In this document: piece after piece, positions 12,901 through 25,500 of the stretch
Layout: every line of letters begins with the position of its first letter
Numbering within the stretch: the stretch's first letter is position 1
Source of the DNA: Klebsormidium nitens
Lineage: Eukaryota > Plantae > Klebsormidiophyceae
Assembly (NCBI GenBank): GCA_000708835.1
Contig: DF237459.1
Location: 1 to 64,000 of the forward strand
Direction of reading: 5' to 3'
DNA length: 64,000 nt
Notes under the pieces: generated by a model
Seen by the model: only the letters and a program-made list of their open reading frames with translations
Database searches by the model: none
Told to the model about the DNA's origin: nothing
Program-made: the position numbers and the translations under genes

Positions 12901-13525
12901 GAGCTGAGCAAGGCTGGATTCAATTAGAAACTCTCAAGTCCCGGCACAAAAAAGACCGCCTGGGACTTGGCGGGAGTGGCGCAATTGTGTGCTTGCAAGT
13001 CAGACTCGACAGGGGCACCCAGACTGCTATGTTCATATGCTCAGCGCAGCAGTTACTCGTTTAGGAAACCGCTGGGCTCTTCGTGGCCCCGCTTGCCGCG
13101 TCACAACTGCCTCTTTCCTTGACATTTACTACTAAGAATCATTGGGCTAGACGCTGCACATTGCGTGGCCCGTCTAAATCTGTGCTGGTAAATGAGGTAC
13201 TAAACGCAGAACCCTCAAGATCCGGGAGTCCTCGTGACCGTCTTTTGCGCTGATCCGAACAGCTTTTTCATGCTTGCGCGACGTGAAAAGGGTCTTAATT
13301 CACCCGCGAACAAATGTATTCTGCACAAACCCGGGCCTGATCACAAACCTGATGGTGCCTTTTGCTGCGCAGATTGTCGTCCTCGAGCAAGGGCGAGTAA
13401 TAGAGCGGGGCACTCACGAACAGCTGTTGCAGCTAGACGGTCGGTACGCCCAGATGTGGGCACAGCAGCAGAGTTTAGCCGAAACCGGAGAAGCCGAGCC
13501 GTTGCCAGCGATCGAAGTGCAGTAG
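909..13525 (+). CDS. ATM3: Mitochondrial ABC half-transporter, ABCB25/ATM1-ATM3 family (~790 aa, 14 exons)
   Basis: Exons 909-1052, 1703-2218, 2819-3043, 4382-4528, 5045-5152, 5805-5888, 6686-6892, 7481-7597, 8791-9021, 9761-9902, 10548-10645, 11782-11846, 12481-12616, 13373-13525. All introns are GT-AG and phases are consistent (2373 nt). Motifs: [33 protein letters not shown], Walker [11 protein letters not shown]-loop VVPQD, signature LSGGEKQR, Walker [16 protein letters not shown]. Exon 1 is the least certain. Confidence 0.92.
2595..3690 (+). repeat. Degenerate tandem copies of ATM3 exon 3 halves (one 5' copy upstream, four or more 3' copies downstream, ~166 bp period)
   Basis: The 105-nt exon end at 2939-3043 recurs without indels at 3106-3210 and 3272-3376, each followed by gtgag, and more decayed at ~3438-3545 and ~3560-3690. 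The exon start (gtcccgttcctctacaagta) recurs at ~2604-2625. Confidence 0.9.
6300..7075 (+). repeat. Echo copies flanking ATM3 exon 6686-6892
   Basis: The acceptor + TVKYFNNEQ-coding segment is repeated at ~6300, ~6420 and ~6500. The exon end (SGALSGAM...GTMTIGDL) is repeated at ~6970-7070. Confidence 0.85.
7170..9230 (+). repeat. Echo copies of ATM3 exons 7481-7597 and 8791-9021
   Basis: ttccagctgtccatgccgct-like copies at ~7220 and ~7360; ccaaccagatcgagcc...ctcaacctctccgg copy at ~8600-8695 with older copies at ~8050-8350; a Walker A-end copy at ~9150-9225. Confidence 0.75.
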
Positions 13526-15111
13526 CGAGTCAAGTGATGCAATGTTTTGTTCGACCGTTGCTGCGCAGCAATTTCTCTCGTCGGCTTCTGAATGCCGACA
13601 AGACCACCGTCCATGATTGAGCCGATTCGCGATTTGCGCGTCAACACAAATGCGCGCCATCATGGCATGATGCTGTACTGCCTGCATGATTATGCATGCA
13701 TCTCTACTTTTCTGGACTAATGTGCTCTCTCCCTGCGCTCAGTGCGCATGTGGGAGACAGCGCTTTTTTTCGTCATTGGTTTCGATCTTGAAAATTTAAT
13801 TCGTTCAGTAAATTATTCCACGCCGGTCTAGATTGCTTTCACCGGACAAACCGAATCAACAAATGCCGCGACTGAGAGCCACGCAGGGTGGAGTCACTGC
13901 TACACGCGGCAGGCCTTGGCATTTGTTCTTGGGTTTGCTAAGTAGATAAGCACGCGCATGCAATCATTGTTGATTTGCAGGCCAGCGAGCTTCGCCCGGG
14001 TGAGTACAGTAGCTATGCATTACGCATATGCAAGCATGTCGGACCATTCAATGATTTACTGAAGGACTTTTAAAAGATCGATCTATAGCTAGCTAGATAT
14101 CCCAAGTCAAAAGCTTGAAAAGCTCAGAAAGCGGGCGGCAGGGCCCGGCCCCATTGGACTGCACATACATTGCGTCACATGGCACATCGCTGGCCCGCCG
14201 CGCTGAGTTCCACCCCGGTCCGATCGGCGGCTCTGAAAAGTGCTCAGCTAGCCTGTAGCAGCCACCGTGCCAGGCAGCTTCTTATGACTTTGAAAGCTAT
14301 AGGCCACCGTCCGCGTCTGTTGCCGGCCTCCGCACGGTGCGTAATGCATGGCGGGCCGGGGTTACCGTACGGGCAGCAAGCCTCAGTGGCGCGGGTCCAC
14401 ATGAGCTGCCAAAGAAGGTCTTATTCACCGTCACCGAGAGACCACACCATCGTCGCGCTGATGTAGCTTTAAACGCCTCGGCACAAGCCGATACTAACAT
14501 TAGACTTATCGTCATCAACCTAGCGCATTATGTGATCTGCAGTGAGGTCCTGAGTCTGCCAGGCACTGCAAATTGTAAACAGCGCCATCGATTGATCAGG
14601 GCAGAACCGGCAATCTGGCCGCGCCCTTCGTCCTTCCATTAATTGTTTGATCTGAAGCCTGCTTTAACACACAGGTCAGCTATTTTGGTACTGTTTTGCA
14701 AGATCAGCGCCTGCCTCGACTGCGTTCTTGTATTTTCATATTTGACTGACGATATCAGCTTAGCTGTCATCTTAGCTGTCTAATCAGCTAAGTAGCAGCG
14801 GATCTGACTGGAAATCAACCGCCGAATGTCGGCCACACCCAGCTAATCAGGACGTGCTCGCTCGTGAATTGGCTATTGTAATGCAATTAGTGAGCACGGG
14901 TTATGCAGCCCAACCACATGTGTTTCACCGGCTGCACACCGCCCTCCCGACAAACCCGGCGACTTTGAGAGAGAAGAGCTCGCCCTCTTGTCGCCAAGAA
15001 TTACCGCCGTCCCGCCTACTCTGCGCGAGCGTAAGCGGCGCCGAAACGGACAATCAGAGCGACTTTTGAAACCGTTCAGAGCTGGCCGGTACGTCGATCG
15101 CCGCCGTCCGA

Positions 15112-18100
15112 TCACGCCTGCTTGCCACGTGGCGCGAGCGGGTGCGGCGGATCGTCGGGCCCCTGGTCCTCGGCTCTTTTTAGAATCGAATCGTTGAAGT
15201 AGCGCTGCGTCGAGAGCGCATAGTCGAAGACGGGCAGGTCGGTCGCGTCCGAACCGAACGGGTCCGCGAGCGCGCACGACAGCTCGCGCAGGCCCAGCAG
15301 CGAAACCGTGGTCACGAACATGCCGACGATGGAGTAATAATAGCTGCGTGAGACAGGGGATTGAAAGGGATGATAATAGCTGCGTGAGAAAGAGTTTTAC
15401 AGATGAGTCAAAACAGCTGCGTAGAAAAGGAGTTTGAATTTGAGTAATGCTAGCTCGAAAGAAGAGATTTGACAATGGATAAGTAATCGCTTGAGACAAA
15501 CGATCAAAGATGAGTCAATACTTATTGCCAGAGACAAAAATGGAATATGAGAAAAAGGGACTGAATATAAGTAATACCACCTGCCTGGGACAGGAAAAAA
15601 AGATATCTCACCCGTGCAGAAACCAATGAGGTAACATTTCAAGGAAGAGCTCATTCATCAAGGATTGAAGGCCCGTCGGCAGATGGGCAAACGTGACAGA
15701 GGGAGGGCAAAAGACCTGTCCTCGTAGCAGGAAAGCAGGAGGAAGCAAGAATGATTGCGTATGCAGTAGAATCAGCCAATTTTTTACGTCTGGAAACATC
15801 AATGCATTCAACAATAAGGGGACGTCAGTGCTAGGACGGGTGGGGGTCAATGCGGGTGTGGATGCGGGTTCGGAGCGTGCACCAAAACGGAAATGGAAAC
15901 GAATCCGGAAACGGAAACAGAAGTCGAAACGATACGCAAGCAGAAGAAGGTACCACACGAGTACCGCGTTTAGGAGGTGCCAAACGGACTTCGAAAAGGA
16001 AACGGAAACGGAAACGGAAACGGAGACGGAACGAAAACGGAGATGGGAACGGAAAAGGAAACGGGAACAGAACGGAAATGGAAGCGAATACAAAGCCTTC
16101 GTACCTGTACATACAGTACGTGTATGCGAGCAGAAGAAGGTACCCCACGGGTACCGCATCCAGCAGTGACAAGCGGAAACCGAAGCGGAAACGGAACCGA
16201 AACGGAACGGAGATGGGAACGGAACTTTTGTACCTGTACATACAGTAAGTGTGCGCGAGCAGAAGAAGATACCCGACGAGAACCGCGTTCAGGAGTTGAC
16301 AAGCGGACACCGAAACGGAACCGGAACGGATACGGAGATGGGAACGGAATTTCGAACCTGTACAGACAGTACGTGTACGCGAGCAGAAGAAGGTACCCCA
16401 CGAGTACCGCGTTCAAGAGGTGGAAAAAGGCGAAGGGGACTGGCATCGCCAGAAAGTCATTGACGGTCCCGATATTGGCAATGACCTGCAGACACGGATT
16501 TGGCGTCGGTTCAGTGCCGCAGTCACGCTGACGTCACTCTGCGACAGTCGTCTCTTAAATGCAGTTTCGCAAATACAGATAGAAGGGCGCTGCTGTCAGA
16601 TTGACTTCCAAGGTCGTCACCTTCGGCACTGCTCTGGAGAAAGAGGACTTCAGCTTGTGGACATATATGACGGTCTTGACCGGCGCCAGATGTATGCAAA
16701 CCGTTTGAGTATGCTAAACATTCTGTCAACTGGCACCTCTGGGGGTCGGTTGCTTACGTCGCTCGTGAACGTCACGAACCGGTCCAACTCGACGTTGCTG
16801 ATGTCACCGTTCCGGAAGTGCGCGTAGAAGCGCTGGTAGATCCACATGGCTACTTCCTTGAATGCCTTGCCGTCTGGGAAATCGATCCAAAAACGGGTTA
16901 ACAGACGGGCAAGCGGGATTACTCAAACAGGTTTGAAGGCGAGCGAAGAAACGGGGAGCCGGGTTTGAAAGGGGTTAGGAATGGGTGGAAGATAAAAATA
17001 CTGGATTACGAAGCGGGTAAGTTGGTAAACGCAGAAAAATTAGACCAGGTTACGAAACGCGTTAGCACGCATGCAACTCTGCCGAGGTCTCACCTAAAGT
17101 CATAATGTGTCATAGCGGGGTAGCAAACAAATGGCAAAACCGCAAAACAACAAAAGTCCATTGACTTTTTAGCTATTTCGAGCCACTCAAAAAGGATCCG
17201 GCTCGCCGATACCTGCACTTACCGAAGGCGGTTAAGCACGACCACGGTCGCTACGTGGAGCACAGTGCACTGAAAACGGCGACCTCAAAGGTGACACACG
17301 GGCCTTTAATTCAGTCGCCCAAAAAAGCTGTCTAGCGCGCACTTTGATTGCTTAATTGAGATCTCTTGGAGCATCAAAATCACTGGGGACTCTCCGCAGC
17401 CGGGTGACCTCAGCAGACGTCAGCAGCCCCGTGTCTTCGACGTGCTGCCAGGCCCACGCGCCAGCCCCGTTGGTCTTATAGAACGGCAGGTTCGCGTATG
17501 CCAAAACTGCACGGAAAGCGTTGCTCTTATATAACGGCGGCTTTGCGTATGCCAGCCCCGTTGGTCCTATAGACGGCAGGTTTGCGTATAAGAGAACTGC
17601 ACAGAAAGCGTTGCTCTTATATAACGGCAGGTGCGCGTATGGCAGCACCGTTGGTCTTATACAACGGCAGGTTTGCGTATGCCAGAACTGCACAGAAACT
17701 TAAAGCTGTCGGTCTTATCATAGAACGGCACGTTCGCGTAACTCAAGACTGCAGGTACCAAAAGCGCTTGCTTTAACTATAAACGGCAGGTTATCACTTG
17801 GACAGAACTGCAGCAATGCGTTGCGCTTACACCAGCTCTCGTAATCTAATCTTGAGCGGCAGGCCTGCGTATGCAAGGACAGTATGGACAGCGTCCTTCT
17901 TTCAAAACGGAAGGCTAGCGCACTGTGTCAAAAACTGCGGGAAAAGCGTTGGTCTTGTAGAACGGCAGGTTCGCAAACGCCAGAACCGCACGAGAAGCGG
18001 CCACGTAAGCTGACAATAGGCTGCGTGACGTCACTTTGACATGTATATATGCCAGCGAAAACATTCTCTGTGAGAGTTGAGAGTGATCGGCAGGTCCGCA

Positions 18101-20735
18101 GACGATTCTCAAAACAATGTCCCGGTTTTCAGCACCCTCTGCATTCTCGACAGGACAACTGTCAGGTCATCTGTTACGCGAAGTTTGCTGGCGTCACTCA
18201 CATTCAATCGTGACCATGTAACGGGCGAGCATCAGCCGGGTCTCCCGGGCGCCGGGGCAGCTGCCGTCAGCAAACGTCATCCGCAGGAGGGGCCCAAGCC
18301 GGTTCAGGAACCGTCCCTGCAATCGAGATGGGCTTTGAGTCGTCATCTTGCTCTGAAACCTCGATTTCGAAAGGCTACATCAATCGGGTCTTTCGCGGTT
18401 ATTTTGCTAGCTCCAATCTTTGCAGGAGCCCAAACTGGAACAGCGTCTTGTTTCTTCTGATGCATGTGCTTATTCCAATCAGCTTGTTGAGCGGTTCCAA
18501 GTTGATTCTGCCCTTGCACAATACCCTCCAACTCTGATTATACGTACCGAACCCGTTCTAAGAAACCGGCTCGAGTCGTACGGCTCAGTCTGGAAGAAGC
18601 AGAAGTGAGTTGCTTGAAAAAAGAGTGAATGAAATTGAAATCCGATGCTTATTCAACTGGTCACAAATCAAATGGAACTCGAGAATGACCAATTTGACGT
18701 TTTCGTCTAGTGCCAAAACGGGCGAGCTCACTTTCACAAGTCACGTTCACAAGGCGAGTAAACCGCAGTCTGTTGAAACATGAATGACGAGGAGGAAGGA
18801 CAATGGGCGGGATGCCTCTCGGGTTGGACTAGCGTCTTCACCGAACGGAAAGCCCGCGCATGCGCATTCTGACGGAACACTAATTTTAGATCCAGGATTC
18901 AGCGACACGTTTTCACGGCACTGAGGAAGACCGCCTCGACTTAGGGTGTTCCGAAAATGCAGATTGACGTAACCTGGAATCCTTCATCTGGGAGTACCAA
19001 TTCTCGATGTCTTCTTCCACAGCATCAACGCGGTCTACTATAGCTCTAACCTCCGAGGAATGTGAACGGCTCTTTGGATGATTAAGGCCCGCCTTTCTAT
19101 CACGGGAAAACGTGGGAAAGTGAAGTAGGAACAAGGTCGAGGAAGTAGAGTTCCGAGGTTTCAGAGGTCGAGGAAATAGAGTTTCGAGGTTTCAGAGTTG
19201 TCCGGTCAAAGTTTCTAGAGTTGAGCGGGTAACTGCACTTACGTCCACACGGGTGATGCATTCGTACTGCGCGAAGAAGCGGCTGTAGGCCTGGTTAGTG
19301 TGGAAGACCATGAAGAAGACAATCATGGTCCCGGTAATAACTGCAGGGGAAACCGGAGGTTATCATTAACCATTGCCACCGTTTAGTTGCGGCCCCATTG
19401 ACTTGGATAGGTTCCTTCTTTTGGCACAGGGTTGGATCACACCCGCTTTTCCAAGACCCTGTAGCAGACAACTAACTCTGGTCCTTGAAGCGACGCAGAG
19501 AGATCAGCAAGCGCCGGTGGTGTGTATCCAGACAGTCAGAAAGATGGTGGCGCCTTGTTGCGATAATTCAAAGCAGGAAATCGTACAAGCAAGCAGCGAC
19601 ACGACAAGCCACTGAATGTTTGGTTCCTTCTGCAAGAATCCACATCTGACTCACATGTTCCCACCTGAGGACTGAAGACGGTTTCTGGATCTATATCCTT
19701 AGTTCTGAAAAGGGCCAGTGGAATGCTCTGCCCGAAGGGGCATGCTCTTTCGTAAGTACCCAGCACACGCAACCCTAATCTGGAATGGAGGCAATCCTTG
19801 CACAGCTCATCAGTGCCGGCTGTTAGTACCCTTCCGTAACATTTCGACCCGCTTCTGCAGATTGGGACCAGATGAGACTATCAATGAGGCACCTTCAAAT
19901 CTGGATCTATGATGGGGTCTGCAAATCAACTGGAATACTTGCTGAACAAACCCGTAGTGATGCTGTCGTGCTGATGTAACCTGGCTTTACTAGGCTTCAT
20001 TAAACTATTGTTGAGTTGAGCTATACTTCAGGACCTTGGACTGAACTTCCAGCTCATAAGAGTACCCACGTGCTGACAACATGAGCTGGTTGCGCGTAGT
20101 CAACATGAACTGAGATGACCCAGCTTAAAAACCTTAACTTGAAAGCATAAGAAGGCCAGAGCAACGACTGAGTTTAATTAGCAATATTAATCAGCCCACA
20201 ACAACTTGTGGCCTTCTGTTTTTGTTTTCGAGCCCAGGAGTAAAAGAGAGTCCTATCGCCCATATAAAGGAGATGAAAATACCATCGATAGACAAGTTGA
20301 AGAGCCGCTGCCCTCGGACCTTGGAATAAGCGAGCACTCACCGACTACTGTCGGGGAGAGGAACGGCCACGATTGTTGCTCGCCGTTGCTGCTGGCCAGG
20401 AGAATCGGGTTGTGCGAAACCTGGTAGTACACAGCGCACAGGAACACGTGTACGAGCATGATGACGTAAAAGTCGGGCCGTCTCAGAACCATTTGCAGCG
20501 ATGTTCCCGCAAATCTTGTGAGCGCCGCAAAGGGCGACTGTGGATCGTAGAGTATGGTTCTTGGAGCCACTTTCCTGTCCTTCCGAAGCTCCCACAAGGG
20601 ATTCTCGTGCGTAGCCGGGGGGGGCGGTGAAGGCTTATAAGCATCCCCCTCTTTGTGGGGCATATCCTGAAGAAACTCTTTGTTGATTCTGATCGTGTAG
20701 CTGTGCGCAACGTCGGGGGCTATGTCCACGCACAT
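15112..20735 (-). CDS. Bestrophin/UPF0187 (YneE/VCCN-like) anion channel (~401 aa, 7 exons)
   Basis: Exons 20735-20342, 19340-19243, 18316-18202, 17506-17384, 16873-16758, 16485-16358, 15343-15112 (1206 nt, phases consistent). Motifs FFMVFHTNQAYSRF, MPVPFAFFHLL and GLRELSCALADPFGSDATDLP match the bestrophin FRTNxxYxRW, TPIPFAY and ExPFGxDxNDLP pattern. Two donors (GTGATT, GTTCGA) are weak. Confidence 0.85.
15880..16357 (-). repeat. Three donor-side echoes of bestrophin exon 6 interleaved with (TTCCGT)n hexamer tracts
   Basis: aacgcggt..ctcgt.gggta.cttcttctgct.gc (minus strand) recurs at ~16230-16300, ~16100-16170 and ~15930-15980, separated by ggaaac/ggaacg arrays on the plus strand. Confidence 0.88.
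17507..17995 (-). repeat. Minisatellite built from the acceptor and first codons of bestrophin exon 4 (~10 copies, 35-60 bp units)
   Basis: The plus-strand unit gttggtcttata(g)aacggcaggt(t)cgcgtatgcca.aactgcac recurs repeatedly with increasing decay. Confidence 0.88.
19134..19195. repeat. 31-bp tandem duplication inside a bestrophin intron
   Basis: aggtcgaggaagtagagttccgaggtttcag followed by aggtcgaggaaatagagtttcgaggtttcag (2 mismatches). Confidence 0.85.
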
Positions 20736-22534
20736 GAGCGCCGGCAGGGGCGCGGTCTTCCATAGCTTATACGCGCTTAGTATACAGTTGTAAAGATATA
20801 TCTGGTTGCTGATGTGACAATATTGGGTAAAGGCTTTCCCAGGGTTATAAGAGCTTAGGAAGCGGGTGAGGAGCTAGTTGTCGTTATGAGAAGGGGCTAC
20901 AAAACCGCGGGATGTCGCGGTTTGCTTCTGGGGTGCCCATGAGCGACGAAGCGCAATGTGGGTCACCTTGTATATGAGCTAATGCCTCCACTCTTTGCCA
21001 ACTCTTTGACCAGGGCCTGATCATGAGGCGCAACATTCACTGATCCTCCACGCTTGCAATGCCTGCCAAAATTTATTGAGAGGGTTCATTGACCTCAATG
21101 CTGCCCAGTTGATCAGAACAGCTCATGAATGCCTGGCTGATCCGATCCAAGCATCATCTGACGAAGTTGCTACCCCTGCCGCCCCCGGCTTTCTGCAGGT
21201 AGTGGGCTTATAATCTGAAGTGTAGGAGTGTTCTCCGGAACGAAGTCGACTGGTTGGACAGAGTCTAGGCGTATGTTTCAAGGGAGAGGACTTTTGAACG
21301 CTACTTTGGCTACTGAAACAGTTGAATGAATGAATGCGAGTCTGCTGAAAATGCCAAGGATTTCCGTCAGTGTACCGCTGGCAACTTCGTCACCGGATCC
21401 TGGCGAAGTGCGCGGCCCCTCCTGACAGCGCATGCAGACGCCCTCTTGCGCTCTGGGCCGGGCTTGAAGCTGCCGAACTTTGCATGGAGCTACCGTCGCT
21501 CAAGTTAGGACGCTGGGCCCTGGCAGGAGATCATTCTTGCTCAACACTGTTCAAAGAACTTCTGCTATGGTACATCGGTAGAATTATTCTCTAATTAATT
21601 CGGAGGCGCGAGGCAATGATTATGCTGGCACCGACCGTACCGCGCGCGTTAGCATGATTCGGCGGCCAACTCACGCGCGCGCGCGCGCTGGTCTCCTATG
21701 ATTTTTCACAGCTCGCCCAGCACTCTCAACCGGTCCGCCAATGATGACGCTATTCCTGCAGTGCTGTCTCAGCATCCAAATCCGGTGCAGCGTGCTTGCA
21801 ACGTGGACAATAGTCAAGTTCAGGCCGCTTAGCCAGCATCGAAGAACTGCGGCATCATACTTCCTTGGACTTCCTTGGGACTTCCGAATGCGCTGTGCAC
21901 TGATCATGTCACGATCGTATTTGCACGCCGGGTCTGCATGTGTCAAGCTCGCTAGCTGGAATTCAGGCAGGCCGTCCGGCTGAATCTTCAAACAGGTTGA
22001 ATCGGGTGCTCAGTAGGAAACCGCCGACGATAACTAGCTCAGTCGTGTCGAGTACTCTGCGACTCTGCAAATTATGTTTATGGAGTCAGGTCTAAAGCCA
22101 GCCGTCAGCTTAGCTGTAAAAAGAATATTTGCATGGAACATGATATGGGAACTGGAAATCCTGCTACATATCAACGGCTAACGCTAAAGCATCGAAAGCA
22201 TACTCTCCTACATTCGTTGATTCATGTCTCCCATGTCCAGACTGTCTGGCGACGTAAGTAAGGCCGAGTTAAGTGACGAAGTGACAAGTTTCATATTCAT
22301 GGGCTGATGAGCTGCAGGACGTGACGCAAACCTCCGGCTGGCGCCCCAGAAGCCACACTTCAGCCAATTCATCAGACGATAAGCTTTAGCCAACGACTTT
22401 GTACCAAGTTGGCTTTGAGCCCGCATTCTAGAGTAGACCGTACCAGCTTGATACTAAGTTCTTCATTCGCCTACACAAAGTTTCGAACCGGAAGTCATTC
22501 TTCCACCTCGTTATTGCAAAAAGAATTACACTTG

Positions 22535-25500
22535 CTAGAACTTCGCGCAGGACGCGACCTGCGAAACCGCCGCCTCGAGGTCCTTCATCCCTATCGTCAT
22601 CAGCTCGTCAAAATCGTCGGTCTCCGCGCTCAAGCGCCCGTCCAGGTGCTCGCGCGCGTACTCGGGCAGCGTGCCCGCAAGCCCCCCGTTCCGTTTGCTC
22701 CGCTCTTCCGCCGGTATCCCGCTTTCAATGAGCGCTGCGACGGCATCTCGCGTACAGTCTGGGGCAAGCTTGAAGCCCTGGAGGCACGTGCGTTCCTCAG
22801 CTAGCTTGGCATTCATTATGTCAACGATCTGGAGGGGAGTATAGTCCGGGAACTCAATTATGCGCCCCACGCGACGGCGAAAGCCCTCGTTGCAGTCGAG
22901 AACCTTCTTCATAGGTACCGTGTAACCTGGAGTTCGGTGGAGAAGCAATTTGTTTGCATACAGTATGCAGGTTGTGCCTTCGACTACAACATTTTTGGCC
23001 TTTACACGTTAAGATCGAAAACCTTTATCTGCAGCTATGGGACATAGCTTGTACATCACGCGAGTACAAATGCCTCAAACGCAGGCGAGTCAGACGACTG
23101 TGAGCCCGCGCCTACGCTTGCAAAGCGGCCTTTGATGAAGGAGGCAGATCGCCTTGAAAAGAGCTAGACGATCGAAGGCCTCGACCAGATGATTGAATGG
23201 ACCTGCTTGGTTGTCTTGTAAGAACAAATTCGGAGCCAACCCAAGACTTTGTCAGTTCCACCAGAGTTCAGACCGCATTCCGTATAGTGACCGAAACTAT
23301 CTCTAGCTGGTGGTATATGCGTAGAGACCCGGGTCTCACAAAAGTAAAAAGCGTCCTCGTGAAAGAGCTCTGAGCGAGCTGCCCGTTCCGGCCGCTCTGA
23401 GCCCATACCTTCAATTCAAAAATCCTCAGAATTAATCATTCTCACGCATGTTCAACCCGCCAAGAACTCACCAAGAAGCGCCGTCCGAACAGATAGGTCC
23501 AGCCTTACACTCTACCACTGAAGCTGCTGAAAGTCCTAGAGCTAAAACTTATGTAACATCCAATCAAAGTTGATAGGAAGAGCACATTGATTCAGGATCA
23601 CCTGCAAATATAACCACCAGATCTTTGCTGTCCATCTGACTCAGTATCTCGTCCAGCGCTTCCCGGCCGTAGTCACTCGTGTTGTCTTCCGCCGTCAGCA
23701 GCCGATAGGCCTCGTCAACAAAGAGGATGCCTCCCTCTGCTTTGCGCAGCTGCAGATGATTTCAGGAATTTCGTGAATGCAAACACGGTTGGTCGATCGA
23801 GGCAACCGAAAACCGTGATTGCGATGACGTTGCTTTCGAGACAGAGCAATTCATCCCTCTAAATCGAGTTGGCTGACTCATGTACTCGAGCATTTCCGAC
23901 GCTGTATTTTGCGAAAACTGGTTGTCTCATATCACCAGAGCTCCAAGCTAACGTGCGAGCAAGGAACAACTCAATTGTTCATTTTCGAAAGCCAAGGCCT
24001 CCTTCCTTCCTGGTCGTACTTTCTCTATCTGAAGACGGAATTGGGGAAGAAAGAAATGTTTGACTGTTCACAGGATAAGAAGCTCCATGGATAACGATCC
24101 GTTTATATGATACAATGAAGCTTCAGTGAGTGCTCACCTGCGCACGCGTCTTGATCCCCGTACGCCCAACATAACAGCCGACCAGATCCGTCCTTTGCAC
24201 CTCGACGACTTTGGCATGTCTTATGGCCCCTATGTTGTGAAGAATGTGCGCGAGCATGCGCGCGACCTTGGTTTTGCCGGTCCCAGGGTTTCCAAGGAAA
24301 ACCATGTTTGGGGGCTTGCGGAGACCAATCTCAGCACCTGGAAGTGCTCAGAATGTCAGGTTAAAAAGCGTCCGAACCAGGTTACCCAAACCCCTGCTGA
24401 TGTTGCCGATGAACATAAGGAAAGAAGGCTATCTGCAGGCAAGGTTAATAAGGCAGATGTTTCAACAGTTTGCGTTTTGGCACTCGGTGGCTGACAATTG
24501 CAAGATCGGAACGTATAGGTCCTAGTCTTCTGCCCGTAAGAGATCATTCTGCATCAAAGGAGCGCACTGAAGAATCTCCGCAGAAGCCTCGCAGAAGCCT
24601 CGAAGCAAAGAAAAACATTAGGAAGATGGCCAGATTGCTGAACTGGTACCAAACTTCCAACTGTCTAAGACCATCCTCTGGCTTTTCAGATAGACAATAG
24701 AGAAGACTCATGGATGAACTGGAAGAAGAAGTCAGATACTACAGGAATTGTAGATAGTATAGAGACAGTGAAGAGCAGAACCTTTTACATGCTTCTTAGC
24801 CTGCACAGCTCAAGGAAGCCTTACCTTGGGATCTCCGCTTCTTGTCAAGGGCGTAGCCCTTGCACCATTGGAGCAGCATCTGCTTCAATTCTTCCAGGCC
24901 AACCAATTCCTTGAAATCATTTTCTAGATCATCCTCGTCCCACCATATAATAGGCACCTCTGGCGAATCTTCGTCAGATGACTGTTCATTATTTAATGAA
25001 TGTTCATCAATATCCGAGCAAGTTTCGTTGTCACTTGAACCATCTATTCCATCAGACTCGGAGTCACTCTTGAGTGACGTCCTGTCAAGAGCAGTCACGT
25101 CAATGTCACCCTGCTGTTCAGCTGTGTCGTTTCCATCCCCAACAATGCTAGCTTTGTCTTCCTCTTCGTTACTCGAATCATTAAGTGCATGAAATTCTGA
25201 GGTTTTCGATGAGATATGCGCAGAGTGAGCAACCGCTTCCTCGAATTTGAGCAATGTTTCGACAGAGCCGATCCCACAATCCGCCTGGTCTAGCATTAGC
25301 TGTGTTCTTTGTCTCCAATGACGGCTCGCTTGTGTTGAACCTGTAAGCTCACCCAAAGCGCTGGACAGCCCCGTCTTTAGTTTGTGCAGAGACTCTAAAA
25401 GCCTCTGCACCGTCTGATACTTCGTTGCAGGGTTCCGACGAAACCTGCGCCAGCTTCCTGTTGAATTTTGCAATGTCGAGTTTGAGGGTCCGAGGTGCTC

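Noticed and set aside
15608-16531. Several long R/K/G/N- or F/P/S-rich ORFs on both strands
   Set aside because: Products of the stop-free (TTCCGT)n arrays and exon echoes, not genes.
17507-17995. CRISPR-like repeat appearance (also 15880-16357)
   Set aside because: Units are degenerate copies of an adjacent exon with no unique constant-length spacers, no cas genes, and a eukaryotic context.
18913-19134. Intronic ORF with a coiled-coil-like stretch (AVEEDIENWYSQMKDS)
   Set aside because: Not needed for the in-phase bestrophin model, with no good splice sites or family motif.
21000-22430. Protein-like fragments between bestrophin and the AAA gene
   Set aside because: Interrupted by stops in all frames; I could not assign a transposase or gene family.
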